DNA of 64,000 nucleotides from Pavona decussata. Lineage: Eukaryota. A model generated the notes under the pieces. The model searched no databases. It was not told the DNA's origin and worked only from the letters and a program-made list of their open reading frames with translations. A program made the translations under genes and the position numbers. Below, in pieces: positions 1-13,800 of the stretch (its first letter is position 1; every line of letters starts with the position of its first letter). Location: the NCBI GenBank assembly GCA_977016875.1, contig CDRNST010000043.1, positions 1,364,001-1,428,000 on the forward strand. The letters run 5' to 3'.

Positions 1-245
1 CTTTCTTCGTTTTCTTTTCCTGTAGTTCAAGGGAGATCAGTTCATCAAATTATGCTTTGAATTGAAAGTCATACAAGGATTTTGATGCCTGTTTTGACTG
101 GTACAGTTCCTGTTTCCTGAGAATCCTTAAGTATCATTCGTTGTATTTTACAGTACATATATCGCCGAGTCTCTTGTGCAAGGTGTGTCGAGGATATCCT
201 CAGTTTTCTCGGTGCCAATAAAGCCAACCAACCAACCAACCAAGA
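1..245 (+). mobile_element. Probable 3' end of a LINE (L2/CR1-group) retrotransposon
   Basis: T-rich UTR-like sequence and a short palindrome (GAGGATATCCTC), then AATAAAG followed directly by a (CCAA)n tail at ~217-243. This is the usual L2/CR1 terminus layout. Confidence 0.4.
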
Positions 246-741
246 AACAAAATAAATAAAAGAAAGATCGCATTGCAGCATAACTTGTCCAGGCCCACCA
301 AAATTACACAGTGCATTTTTATAGATTCAGTTCGTGATTTCAAAATACATTTGCAAACAAAAATAAACGACAGGCATAGAGGAGAACAATATTTCAACGT
401 ATAAGTATATAATGTTTGATATTATTAGATGTATCGAAATTTGTTCTCCACCACTATCGATCTTTATCATCTTATGATATATCGAGAACAAATTTTGCAT
501 TGTCGAGATCCACAACTAATTTTATTGGGTTTAATATTCATTATTTTAATAGTACACAAGATATTAGGAAAGGTAACTGGATTAAACTGTATCAAGCTTC
601 GACACGCCAAAAACCTCATTTTGTCCCTCTTATATACATCCCACGCCCAAAATGTATCCGTTTGTCCCCCTGATGCGCCCTTAAAAACTGAAGAGGTATT
701 TTTTAAAGCAAATGTATGCCCCTTCTCCTTTTACTTCTCCT

Positions 742-901
742 NNNNNNNNNNNNNNNNNNNNNNNNNNNNNNNNNNNNNNNNNNNNNNNNNNNNNNNNNNN
801 NNNNNNNNNNNNNNNNNNNNNNNNNNNNNNNNNNNNNNNNNNNNNNNNNNNNNNNNNNNNNNNNNNNNNNNNNNNNNNNNNNNNNNNNNNNNNNNNNNNN
901 N
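742..901. other. Assembly gap (N run)
   Basis: Run of N bases. Confidence 1.
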
Positions 902-1658
902 TTAAATATTCAAGAATACAATTTTAACAATTGCAAAGGAAAGAAAAACACGTAATACTAGTTAATTAAATAAAATAAAACTACAACAGAAACATTAACA
1001 AACAACAATACGAAGTCAATTACAAGGACATTTTGTATTGAAATCCTGTCACTGTTTAAAAACCTTCCATTGAATATCGTCACGTTTAATTATTGGAAAA
1101 TATGAATTAATTTCTCCCATTTCTTAAGATGCTGCAAACGTTTATCATTCTCCCTTGCAATATAGAGCTCAATGTTGTACACACGTTTAGTCCTCGCAGT
1201 AAAAACTGGCAGATTAGGTTCGGATATTTTTTGACATCTATTGGAATAAAGATAGAATTTACCCATTAGCAACATGTGATTGATTAGAGTGAAGTCATCT
1301 GTGGCATCAAATTTTCCAAATATCAAATCTGTCTCTTTTAGTGTATTGATTTGAATTCCATTATCCCTTAACCAGGACAAAACGTGTTGCCAAAATTTAA
1401 AGATACTTTGCAAGAGAAAAGCAAATGCTCGATGGACTCTATGTCCTCTTGGGAAAAGGTACAACATGGAGAGTTAGTTTGGCCTAGCCGAAATAGCTTT
1501 TCATTGGTGTAAAGAATACAATTTAGTATTTTATATTGAAATTCCCTAAGTTTTGATTCTAATGTAACATTAAAGGCTAAGGAGTAAACTTTTTCCCTAT
1601 CAACAATTGTATCTGAATACCTATCTTGTAACTTTTGTTTAGCGGTGGGTGGGATCTG
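902..1658 (-). mobile_element. 5'-truncated, frameshifted L1/Tx1-clade LINE fragment (C-terminal zinc-binding zf-RVT region plus 3' UTR)
   Basis: Two overlapping minus-strand ORFs read KLREFQYKILNCILYTNEKLFRLG..SPCCTFSQEDIESIEHLLFSCK and then FWQHVLSWL...LINHMLLMGKFYLY...KKWEK. This is the typical L1/Tx1 ORF2 C-terminus. The frameshift is near 1400-1410. Confidence 0.88.
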
Positions 1659-1660
1659 TT

Positions 1661-1685
1661 TTCTTCTTCTTCTTCTTCTTCTTCT
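1661..1685. repeat. (CTT)n microsatellite
   Basis: About 8 CTT units. Confidence 0.95.
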
Positions 1686-4283
1686 CAACATTTTAGCGAG
1701 GTTGATCACCCATGAAAAGACAACGACAGTTTAGTTTTGGTGAGGACTCGTAAGCGACAACGACAATTTAATCAACTGAAAGAGAACTATGTATGTTGAT
1801 GTAGTCAGACTTTTCCTTTAGCAGCATTTGTTTCAATTTTCAATCTACGCTCAGACACACTCTTCGTGTAATGAAAAACATGACAATAAAACTGTAGATG
1901 TAAACAGACCATACCTAACTGCTTTAGTAGGCAAATAGGTTAAGCGTTTCCTATTGCCCTAGGATTTCCGTTGGTGCCATTTCTTCAGCTATAGTCCTTT
2001 GATTTCCAGATGACTTTCCTAAAATTTCGCTCTTGATTCCTTTGACCCACTTCCTTTTCTGTTTACTTGAACAGATTTCTTGCTTGGTTCAGGTCCATTC
2101 ATACCGTCATCAAATATTTGATTCAATCGCTTCCTTGTTTCAAGTTTCAGTTTTGTTCTTGATTCACTTGGTTCACTGGTTCGTAATATTTAAAAACAAA
2201 CAGCAGTGAAATATAGTTCCCATGATTTAGACAGCAGAATGGGTGACGCCAGAAACGATTTTCGTCTAGTTTCTAGCATTCCTTTTTCGAAATAAACTGA
2301 AAAGAAGACGCCCTATACCTTGCTAACCAACGTAGTTTCCGTTAAAATAATTTCACAGTGGTTGATCTGCTGAATATGCTTTTCAAGAAAATCAGGGTTA
2401 ATGCATAGATTGTTTCCCTCTCGAGCAAATTTTACTCAGCTGTTTGATTTTTATTGCTTGCGATCGAAGGATTGAATGTGTTTCATTGTTTATTCGTCAG
2501 TTCTATCTTAAAGCCTAGCAATTCACAAGAGCTTTGCAAGCTTCTACCTATGTTCTCCTCTAATTTATTATCAACTTCATCAAAACAAATTACATTAAAC
2601 AATGCAAGTTCAATGATGTTTGCTTTTTCTTGGAATACTGTAGAAGGTGTTTGTGAAGTTCTGAATAAAACGAAACCTGATAAACTCAATTTCGTAATTC
2701 CTTGAAGCCATCGGTATAAGCACCGCGCTTGTTCTTTTGTCACTGTTTGTGATGCCCAGGTATTTTACAAGCATTTGTTGTACTTTTAGGTAATTTTAAG
2801 TAACGTGCCTATCTTTACTTTACTGCTAAGTGTTGCCCATGTCCAAAATGTAGTGTTTGGTGATTTGTACGCACTGCGCATGTGTCCTGTTTGCTGTCTT
2901 GTTTGGAAATGTTTTAGTATCATACATGTCTTTGTTCTAAGTTCAGCACTGCACTTAACTTTTTTACTTTTAACAACCGCGTATGTCCTTGTTCTACCTC
3001 TGGTAGTGTTGTGTTAATGCGCATGTCTTTCTCGTACTTAGCAATGACCTTGCAGTACTTTGCATGTATTTCATGTGATTTGTGGTGATGCCTCAACACT
3101 GCGCGTGCCGTTGTTGTGATGTTGAGACACTTCACTGAAATATCATTTTTCTTCTGTCTTTGTACAGTTTTCTGTGGTTTAAGCTCTGCACATATCTTTG
3201 TCGAAATGTGTGATGGTGATGAAGCGAGGTGTGATGGTGATGAAGTGAGGAAGCCTGACTTTATAAGCCTCGTGGTTTCTTTCAGGTTTCCTCGCCATTT
3301 ATTTTCTTTCGTCAATTTTCATCATTTTTTTTTCCATCTGTAATTGTTGTATGTGGCAAAATAAATATTGTATATTTTATTGTATATTGTATATTGTATG
3401 TTCGTGACGCACTACCGCATCTTTTGTTGTTGTTTATGTTTAAGCACTGTGCATACCTTTGATGCACTGTTTCTTGATATTTCAACTCATCATGCATGAA
3501 CTTGTCTTCGTGCTTGATGATATTGAACACCTTTTAAAGCCACAGGCGCCTCTTATGACAATGTACTGAAACAGGACACGCATGGTAATTTTTTTTAAAT
3601 ATAAACACGACATATGGACTTGAAATATTCCTTCGTTTCCATGTACAGCCCACTCTCACAACGTGTATATGTGGCGTTGCAGTGATATGGGCTTTTTTTG
3701 CGGTTGGGGTGTCCTATTTCTTGGCAATTGATCTGAAATTGTAACAAGTCAGCTCTTTATTGCTTCTATATACGACATATCAAACAGTTACATGCTTCTT
3801 TCAAAAACTTGAAACTTCTCTAGTAAATAAGAAAATTTAGTAAACTAACAGACTCACAAAAAATTTAACATCTTTGAACTCTTGGAAGTTTTCTTTCTTT
3901 TGGTTTTTTTTAATCTTTGACCGCGGTTGCACAAGTCAATTCTATACTGTTACATGGTTAAAGCGCGCCCATGGTCATTTCTTTGCTGTGCTATTTGAAA
4001 ATGTTTAGGCATTTTACCTGCCTCTTTTCTACTGTTTACAGAAGGTCACAAATATTATTAGTGTGCATGTCTTGCATACCTTTTTAAGGTTGTTTACGCG
4101 CTGCGTGTGTATCTTTTGTATTATTTGCTGAAGTCTGGATGATACTGTGAACTGTACATTTTGTACTTTTTGATGACGTTTAAGCTCAGCACGTCTTTGT
4201 TGTATTATTTCATGATGTTTAGTCGCTTTTCGCGATGATTAAGCAAAACGCATTCGTAGATAACAGTGTTCGATGGTGTTAAT

Positions 4284-5019
4284 AGAGACCTTTAGATTCT
4301 AGGACAAGTACGAGTCGGCAAGTACGATATTTTTCAAGAGAGCAAAAATGCGCATGTGAACCAGTGTCATTTGTCGACGAGGGTTGTCTTTTTTGGAGAA
4401 CGGCGTAGGGGCGAAAAAGGTCTTTGAAACCTGTAGGTGATCTCGTCTTTTTGCAATTACAAAAGGGCTCAGAGTAAAATAAAGCTTTCTGAGATATATC
4501 TCTTGTTAGTTTGTTCTTAGGTCTGAGTACACTGCCCTACGCAATTGACAGGCTACTTAGTAAAACGATCACAAAGACATTGTCGATCTCTTAGACATCC
4601 GACATTATTAGATCTACCACTAGTTAAGACCAAATGTGGCCAGACTTCATTTAAGGTCTCGGCTGCGAGTGCCTGGAACAAACTACCAAGAGAGTTACGT
4701 GAGCTAAAAACACTTGTACAGTTTAAGGTCAGAACATTTACTTACTTGACGAACATGGATAGGGCCAATCATATTTGTAAAAGCGATGCTTAGTTCATTT
4801 TGTTATATTTCTCTAACTATTTTTTACCGCTGTTTTCATGTAAATATTTTTACATATTTCCTATGTGCTGGTCACCGATTAATACCAGTCTATCAACCTT
4901 TGTTGTTTGACTGACCGGTCTTTTATCAGGATAAATAAAGTTATTATTAGTACTTCGTTTAAAACTTGAAGTCAAATCTCGTTTTCGTACTCGTATTCGT
5001 ACTACAATCTTAATTCTTA
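4284..5019. mobile_element. Degenerate MITE interrupted by a LINE fragment
   Basis: Left end AGAGACCTTTAGATTCTAGGACAAGTACGAG...GATATTT pairs imperfectly with AAATCTCGTTTTCGTACTCGTATTCGTACTACAATCTTAATTCTT at ~4974-5019. Confidence 0.55.
4545..4950 (+). mobile_element. 3' fragment of a CR1/L2-group LINE
   Basis: ORF ends LDLPLVKTKCGQTSFKVSAASAWNKLPRELRELKTLVQFK, a typical CR1/L2 ORF2 terminus. It is followed by a T-rich UTR and an AATAAAG(TTA)n tail at ~4934-4949. Confidence 0.85.
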
Positions 5020-6109
5020 GACCTGATTTGTAGAATCCATACCCGTTTTTAGGTTTTCAGACCAAAATGGTTAAAATCTAGATCCTATTTCAGACCAAAA
5101 CGGCTCAAAACCCATACCATGCAGTTCATACTTATATAGCTTGTACAGGGGGAGTACGCCCCTCCCGGAATTATTGGGCGGCATTCACAGGGTTACAGTG
5201 AGCGAACAACCCTAAACCCTTACCCTGGAGGCTTTTTCTGTTTTTGATATTTTGTTGTATTCAGTTTCTCGCAGCAGAAAGGTAGTGCTATCAATTTTGT
5301 TTGCATTGTTTTGCATTGTTCAACAAATTAGTTGCTATTTTCTTGGATTGGCATGGGAAATAACATCTTTTTACCCTTTTTCTTTAGCTTTGCACCTGCG
5401 TATTAGGCGAGATAAAACTGGCTGTTTTATCCATTTCTTTCTGACCGCATGGCCAACAAAAACAGTGAAGGGACAATTCTTTGTTGACAAGGCATTTTGT
5501 TTGTTAGGCGCAATTTGAACCATGCGGTGATTTAAAAGACTCATGGGATAATTTTATCATCGGTTAAAAAGAAAAGGAACGAGCATACCAGGGTATTTCT
5601 GAGTCACTACTTTATTCAAAATTGACCCGTTATTTCACATTTCCTTGATAAGTAAAACATCGACAAGATTGATCTTTTGAAACCCCTTAGTTGTTAATCC
5701 TAGACTTTGTTCGTCACCAGCTGTGATCAATTCCATCTGGCATTGTTAACAATTCAAAAGCTTCGCGGAGGTTTGGAGATTAATCCCTTCCGTTCTGAGC
5801 CGGTTGGGTGCCGTTTGTTCTTGTCGACGCTGTTAAGACCACCCAATTCTTGCTTGAACCTGCAAAACACGAAAGCCTCAAAAATAGCTTTTCATGTTTT
5901 GTGACCTAGAAGTAAACATCCAATTTTTGGAAAAAAAATCCGAGTTTGTCTTTAAAATCCGTTCCCTTACATAACCAACACACCTAAACCCATTGCCCCC
6001 TTGCCTACAAAAATTCCTTATTTTTGTGGGCATTTGGTCAGAAAAATAATATGCATCTGTACTTTTTAAGTCTTAATACTAAAGATATCTGGTAAAACAG
6101 ATGATGATC

Positions 6110-6197
<88 letters not shown>
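6110..6197. repeat. (AAT)n microsatellite, ~29 units
   Basis: Perfect trinucleotide run. Confidence 0.99.
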
Positions 6198-6198
<1 letters not shown>

Positions 6199-6748
6199 CA
6201 CTTTATAGTTACCTTCCATGTTTGTGAAATGTGTCCCCAAAATGGCGTTTTGATTTTTTCCAGCGAGGTTTTAACCTATGGGTTATATTGTTTCCCTTAC
6301 AAAGTTTCAAACACCCTTATCCCGTTGTTGCACCTTAGTCACATTAAAAGAAATATTCCGACATATCTTGGTGTGGGTTTTCCACATCATAATTTTAATT
6401 TGTTTTCAGGTTTTCCTTCCCTAGTTAGCTTCTGCTGAACCGAATTTTTTGGGGTGCATAATCGACATTCAGAAGTTGACGTGATTAGAGATCTGTTGGT
6501 TAACTACTACAACTTTCATAGTTAAAAAGGATCTCCGGAAGGGAAGTTGGAACCAGTGTTTAATCCTTGCGACTGGAGAGGCCAAAATTCTAAAGACAAT
6601 ATTCATACTTAGCTAAAGTTTAAACAAAATAAAACGCAGTTGGTTGAAACTCACGAATGGCAATTTGTCGGTGTCTCCGGATCTCTCTCATCTTTTCAAG
6701 TGATTCAAAAGTCTTGCAGTGAGGAAGCGGTCACTCGATATCGTTCTA

Positions 6749-6891
6749 CAGTGGAACCTCGATTTTACGATATGGCAAGGGGACAGCAAAATCATATCGT
6801 TAAATCGGGATATCGTTGTAAACGAATTCCCGATTTATAAATAACTGTTACCGGGACACAGAATGTTGATCGTTAAATCGGGATTCCACTG
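6749..6891. mobile_element. Tc1/mariner (pogo/Tigger-like) MITE
   Basis: TIRs CAGTGGAACCTCGATTTTACGA and TCGTTAAATCGGGATTCCACTG, flanked by TA on both sides. Confidence 0.88.
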
Positions 6892-9800
6892 TAATAGAGA
6901 GATCGCACAGTTAGTCCCAATCAAGGAAAGACTTGGAAACTCTAGACAGTAAAATATTTAAGATATTCACCCATATTTTCTGCCCGCATGAAGGCCGATG
7001 ATGGCAGGTACCGCCGTGTCGCCGCGACACTGTGCGCCTAGTCGCCATATGAGGCAAAATTCAACACGTTCAACCAGTGTTGTATGCCTTCCCTCCCACA
7101 GAAACTGAAGGGAAAATAAGAGGGTCGATCTGTTAGACTCTTCGCTAGTAGTCGGTAGTTCTCGACCAGAGAGCTGCACAAAGAGGCATTTGTTTAAACT
7201 AAGGGATATTCGAAAAGGAGGGATGGAAATTGTGTTGCTTTGTCATATCAAGGCAAGAACGTTAAAAGATTTTGCTGAGGTAAGCGAAGTCTGGTGTATT
7301 AGAACGTAAAACCATATAGGCATGTTGATTCTATCGACCACCAAGAAAACGCAATCCTTTCTTTTTCAAAGACAAGTTTGCCAAGTTTAAAGGGACAAGT
7401 GTTTTATTTGACAATGTTTTCATTACATGTGTTACGTCTTGCCCATAACATCTCGAGGTGAGACTTAATATGTAACTGATTAATCGTAGTAAATAGAAGA
7501 CCATAGAGGGATTTCAAGGAAAAAAACACATCAACCTTCTCAGAAGGTCAAGTAAAATTTTCGCAAGGAACAGATAGTAAATCTTACCAGGTTTTGAAAA
7601 GACATTGATTTAACTGAACAGGTGTTCAATCGTTGATTAAGTTAGTTTGGTGACAAAATAACTGGGTGGTACAACAATTTTGAAACTAATTTTTACCATC
7701 TTATATTCCGTGCCTTTGAGATAAAATGCATAATCTTCAACAGAAATTTGGTAAATTTTTGTGGTCTGTTTCTTTGAGCTGGTTAAAAAGTAAATCCCAA
7801 AACACGTGTTTGGCAACTAACACTAATTGAAAGCTTCTCTCTCAGCGGGGCAGTTTTTGCTTTCTTTGAAATTGTCGCCATTGAAATAAAGCTAGGCTGG
7901 TAGTCGACGAAGTCTCCTCCTCCTGTCGATTGTACAATTTTGCAAAAGAAAAATAAGAGCAGCGACAGAATATACCAAGTGGAATTTGATAGCAAATGTT
8001 TCTAAAGTTGCAAACAAGAAACTTGTAATCGTTGTTAAACGATATCAATTGTTTTGTGCTCGTTTTATTGTGTGTAGGCTATGTTTTCTCCGCCCCATTT
8101 ATATGAGCGCTCGCTTTCAGGGCATATTGCCAGGTAAAACCTTTATACATGATGGAAATTGTTTACAGCAATCGTGTTAAAGCGAATGCTAAGTGAAATA
8201 TTCTTTTAGTCATTTTTTTTTTGAAAATAATAAACCACCAAACATTAAGAACGGGTGTGGTGTTGTGTTCTTCCGTAAAACATCCATGTTAAACAAAGAA
8301 AATACTAGGTAGTATTTTTGTCTTAAAAATTCCAAGTCGTCGTTAGAACATTAATAACCTTGTGCCACGTTTTATCTATCTATCAGCAAATGGCTACTTT
8401 ACGGTTTAAATGGCTTGTAACAATTAAATTTAGTTGCAACATCTTTCAAGAAATGTTTATTTAAATAGGTAGGAATATGATATCCTAGCAGACGCCTGGT
8501 CGATATTGAAACCGTCCTACTTTAAAACATGGGAGTAACTTTTAAACCTTTTAGAACTGGTGTCTGAATTATAGGCATTCCATCTCATTACTGCTATTTT
8601 GAAAAAAGTGATAAAATCATTTCAAGGAAGGAACACTTGTTTTCTCAATTTGCCCATTTATGGTCTTTGTCGTGGGCAAGTGCTTGGCAGATTTGTCTGT
8701 TTGAACAAATCTTGAAAGGTCTCGTTGCAGAATACGTCCTTGTTTGACATTCTATTTCTCTGCGTTTATTTTTTTGAAAGAATCATTAAACGTTTGTTTC
8801 TTGGCAAAAGGAATTTTAAGATCCAGCTTCTTTACCCTATACTACTCAAATAAACGCAATAATGAGCTGTACCCTATATCTAAAAATAATGTTTTTTAGT
8901 GCATAGTATATTATCTCTTCATCAGTGAAAAATATCAAGGTGATACTCTGAGAAAAGAAGACACCAGTTCCACATAGTAATATTGCTTTCCAAGCGCCTG
9001 AAGCAAATTCTTTCCAAGATTTAACATTGTTGATTTTAAAATTGGTCTAACAAGAAGTGGCATATATAAACTGCTTGAGGTTAAAAATGTTGTGAAAATG
9101 ATTGCATGATGGGATTTGAGAAGTGACTTTTCTTTGTCTTCCGCTTCTGTTGTGAGTTTATAAATGGTGATATATGTAGTTACTTTAAGGAAACACTTGA
9201 TTACAGGCGTCAAAAGCGCGTTTCAGTGTTACGCGAGGTTTTGTCCCCTAGCTGCAAGACCTTATCTTTTTTCCTAGGCTGTTTAGAATCAATTTAGGAA
9301 AGAACTTGAAAAACAATTTGACTAAATGAACTACTTTGTATGCTAAAAATTAACTTTGTGATCAGATTTAACTTCAAAGAAAAAATCACTGAAACTAAAT
9401 CGTGTATGTGGTTCCAATTTCATGGAGACTCACTCACATTCCCTATCACTAAGTTAATTCTATTTCGACAGGTTGTATCTGTGTTTATTTGAAGCCGGCA
9501 AGTACCAAATTTCTGAGTAACAAAATAGCCAATAGTGAAAGGGCCTAATATCTGTAACACTTAGTAAAACATTCCTTGGCGGGGAAAAGAAAACAAAGTC
9601 TCGTTTGATTTCTGTGGAATTTATTTCTTCTTCATTTAACGTCATCGCATATAGCTACAGCAGGTATACAGGTGGGAGAAGCTTGTTACATTTGCCAGTT
9701 TTACAACTGTTTCTGTGGACTGGTAAACAATTTTTAAATGAAAGGTTTCTTCACTGTGGGAGTAAAGGAACAAGGTTTCTTTCCGATTCAGTTACTATTT

Positions 9801-11059
9801 CAAAGCGTTTAACTCTGAATTCTACTTCGAAGAAACACTTTCCGTGCATTTGGCTACTATTCTGTCGATAGCTCTTTAAACAGGTTTCGTGAAATATTAA
9901 ATTTGTATTCTTCCACTCAAATTAACCTATATGAAGGAACTTTACCTTGATGCCATAAAACAGTTTGAGCCAAGGGCGATTAGTAACCGTTTGAAGATGA
10001 AAGTTATTAAAATAACGATAAAGTGTCTATTTGGAAAATCTTAAAACATTTTCTCCTCTATCTCAGGACCCGGCACTGCTTGTTGGTTTGACTTGAATCC
10101 GCGGGCATGTTGTAAAGCACAGCTTCTCTGGTCTGGAGGAGCTGCCTGTACTGTCTAGACCACCACAGGAAATAAAATCGTGCAATGCGAAAAATCAGTT
10201 TAATCTTGGATCTGCTCTAGTGCCAAAATCTTTGCACTCAGTTGAAATTTTTTCCTTATTTTTCTTGTTGTAAAAAGTTGACACAAATGCACCACAGTAA
10301 TGTGCTGTGCGAGAGCTTTCATTAGAAAAGTTACGCTCTTGGGATTCCGTTGAAAGATTTAGTGGTTAGAATCACCAAGATAGTTCAAGGCTCAGTGAAT
10401 CAGTAGAGAAGAAGATTTAAGGAATAAATGGCAGCAAGAGACAAGTATGTCGTGGATCATTCTTTCAACAATTTATGAAATTTTCTTCAAATATGAAATT
10501 CCCACTGGCGCTGGCAGACGGCCAAATTGTATCTCAAGATAGCTAAGTTAAATGGAGCTTTATGTTCCATTACATGTTGTCTAGATTAAACATGACACAG
10601 TGAAGTATAGGAAAATATTAAGGAACTTGAAGGTGAAATGTCAAAGAATAAGCAAAGATTAGTTTGCAGTCCCATACTCAAGCTCTTGATAAAGTGATTA
10701 TATACAGATTCCTTTTGCCAAATTGTATTGAATACCGTTTCAGTTTAGGCAGCAATGATTCAAATAGCAAAATCGTGACGAATATATGTGAGCCATGTGA
10801 CATTCCTATTTCGCCGTGGTCAAATATCTAACTTATATTAGCCATATATGCCAACATGAAGCCAGTTTCACTTTTTCACATCTTGTGAATTTCATAATAG
10901 CCATCGTATTCAATGTTTACGTATTTAATGAGCACGTTTAACTTGGGCATTCTCAGGTTAAAATATATCATTTCACCCTCGAGCAACCGGCCTCCTGACC
11001 AGTCATTTTCTTAGTTTGATTGAAGTCTTTCTCTCCCAAGGGCGTCTTAGCTAGAAAGT

Positions 11060-11643
11060 TTATAGCGGACAAACGGTACCACAGGAAAGTACCGCTCAGT
11101 AGCTTTCATTTCAATGGTAGTGCGATAAAATTTCACCCACAGGCCAAAACGTAGGATCACCGCTTACAGCTTAATAGACAAACCCACAAGAAAATACTCC
11201 TCATTGGCTTCCATTTGAATGGTCACAGTTTAGGATTTTATCTGCAGACTCAAAAGCTAGAATTCCTTGTACATCATAATAAACACTACTGCAGGGGAGT
11301 ACTGCTCAGTAGCTTTCGTTTGAACAGTCACACTTTAGATCTTCATCCACAGACTCAAACGTTACAACCACCTTACACAACATAACAAAGAGCATCACTG
11401 GAAAGCATCGGCTCAGTAGCTTTTATTTGAGTTGCGACACTTCAAGATTCTATCCCCAAACTCTAGAGAAGAATCACCTTGTATAGCATATCAGAAAGCT
11501 CCACAGGGGCGTACTGCTTAGTAACTTTTATTTGAATGGTCACACTTCAGGATTTCACTCACAGTGTCAAAAGGTAGAACTACCTTGTACAGCATAATCA
11601 GAAAGAATTACAAGAAAGCATTGCTCAATAGTTTTTGGTTGAA
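11060..11643 (+). repeat. Tandem array (~5.5 diverged units) of a ~106-bp repeat family
   Basis: Unit like CAGGAAAGTACTGCTCAGTAGCTTTCATTTGAATGGTCACACTTTAGGATTTCATCCACAGACTCAAAAG.TAGAACCACCTTGTACAGCATAATAAACAG recurs at ~11081, 11187, 11291, 11398, 11503 and 11611. Confidence 0.9.
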
Positions 11644-13714
11644 GTATATAAACTAGAGACAAATAGCATCAACGTAGGTTTGACTCTAGCCATTCAAAAT
11701 TATCTCCTCAATATTTCCCTTGGAGAAATTACATTATAATTATGATCACTCAAAGCTTGAAGATCTTGTTTTCTGAAATATTCTTGGAAGTACTCAGTAA
11801 TATGTTGAGGTTTCTGTCATTAACCAACTAGCACATATTAGGGAAATTTGCAGGCTGATTTTATATTATTTATTGTAGTCACAAAGGTAAACAGCAGCCA
11901 AAGTGTTCTTCAGGCTGAATTTTCTGGAGACTTTTTTCAATTCCCAAATTGTTTTTCCTCTACTGGACACAACGAGTTAACTACAGAACCTTCAGTAACA
12001 AGTTGTATTATTACGAAATTAATCGAAAGGCATTTTCTTTTGTAATAAGGATTTGAAAGTGGCTAGAGAATTCCAATATGGCTGAATATGGGTTACCACT
12101 GTAGGACTGAATTTTCATTTTACACTTGAAAGCCTACATGGTTATTTTCAAACATCTACTTTAATGACTCCAAAAGCGACAGATTTCGTCAATTTGAAAA
12201 ATTCTGGAAGTTAGGTTACTAGAAGATTCTCGACATTGTTGATTTTTGGAACCTCAATTCTGGGTGTTGCCATTTATAGCTGACATTATCTCCAAGCGAT
12301 GTTGAACACAAACGAGGAAAATGGGTTTCATTTTATACTTCAGTGCTTGTAGAGATTTAACAATAGTACCTCTCAAAAATCTCTTTCTGTTGATTAAATT
12401 GGAAGGTCAAATCAAGCACTTTTTCACCAGAGGAAACGGAGAAGAGGGCCTCAATCAAAATTAGTCACATATGTATCTCGGCTTTAGTTGAATTTAGTCA
12501 GGGTTATTTTTACTCATGATTGGCTTTGCAGAGCTAGTGCTCCTTTGAGGAATACTTAAGTGCTTATATTTTGAAAGACTGAATTATCAAGATTGGTATC
12601 GATTAACTAATAAAACTGAAATTATATTTCTGACTCGGCAATCGAATCAGAAACGATCTATCAGCGATGCATCTATCCTTGTCCAAAGTATACAACTTTA
12701 GGATAGCTTCATGTGCAAAATGAAATGAGATTTTCAAGCCTCACAGGGTACATTTCATTTGATATTTTTGGTTTTTTTTTGCCATGCAACGAGAATAAAA
12801 TCACTCCTCCCGATTGCCATTGTTGTTGTCAAGTTTGTCACAGCTACACATCGAGTAAAGATGAATTTTGAAAAAAGATTTTTCCCTTAAACATAATTCG
12901 ATATTATTTGGTATTCTTCTCTTAACAGAAACTGAAATTTTTTGTCGTTGCATGACTTTAGAGGTTGATTTTTAAGGATTCCGTGATCGCGGGACAAAAG
13001 CTTTTCGATATGGTAAGGCGACCAGTCGTGATCTCCCCGGGGTACCCCTCTTTTAAGAGGAAACAACTATTTAGGCAAGATACAACCTGTCCAAAACGCT
13101 ATCTTTTTCTGTCTGTGTCAATAAAATAACCATTAAAAAAAAAAAAAAAAAATGAAAAGCAATTTCTAACATTACGTACCGAGGGAGCAATTTCCTGATA
13201 TAATAATAATTTTTATAATTTTCTTTGTTTCTTATCGAAATGTAAATTTTTGAAGTTAAATTGGGTTCCATCGCTAATTTTAATAATCGAAGTCGTGGTC
13301 TCCGACCTAATTCTCTGGTATTTAAAAAAGTGCATCAAAAATCCTTCTCTTAGTCAACCCTTCGCCCTTCCAATTCTTTCAAGGAAGTGATACAAGCAAT
13401 GCATCAACCGAACTTTAGTCATTTAGTAGTTTTTGGTCACTTGATTTCTCAACTTGTTCATTGTTACTGTACAACAACTGATGTAATGTATGCAATATCA
13501 AGTGCCCCAATTTGCAAGCATTATAATGGTAAAGAAAAAGAACGTAAACTTGTTTCACTCGTACGGCCAGCTGTTTATTTCATCCTCGAGTCTCACATTT
13601 TGCTGGGAGACAAACTGCACCAGAAATTGTGTACTATGAAACCATTCATTTCAAAGAGCACCTGAACTCAAACAAACAAAAATCATTTTGTGAAAAATTT
13701 ATTTTTAACAATAC

Positions 13715-13800
13715 CGTGGGAAATTACTGCTCGGTAGCTTTCATTTGAATGGTCGCACTTGAGGATTTTATCCACAGACACAAAAACAAGAACCACATTA
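13715..13800 (+). repeat. Single copy of the ~106-bp repeat
   Basis: TACTGCTCGGTAGCTTTCATTTGAATGGTCGCACTTGAGGATTTTATCCACAGAC. A weaker copy lies at ~15945-16045. Confidence 0.8.

Noticed and set aside
429-955. ORFs spanning the N gap (also 51220-51490)
   Set aside because: Their length is an artefact of X codons
1659-1709. Poly-Arg NLS-like start of the 113-aa ORF
   Set aside because: Translation of the (CTT)n microsatellite abutting the truncated LINE
11060-11643. Regularly spaced repeats as a CRISPR array
   Set aside because: Whole ~106-bp units are homologous with no unique spacers, there are no cas genes, and the context is eukaryotic
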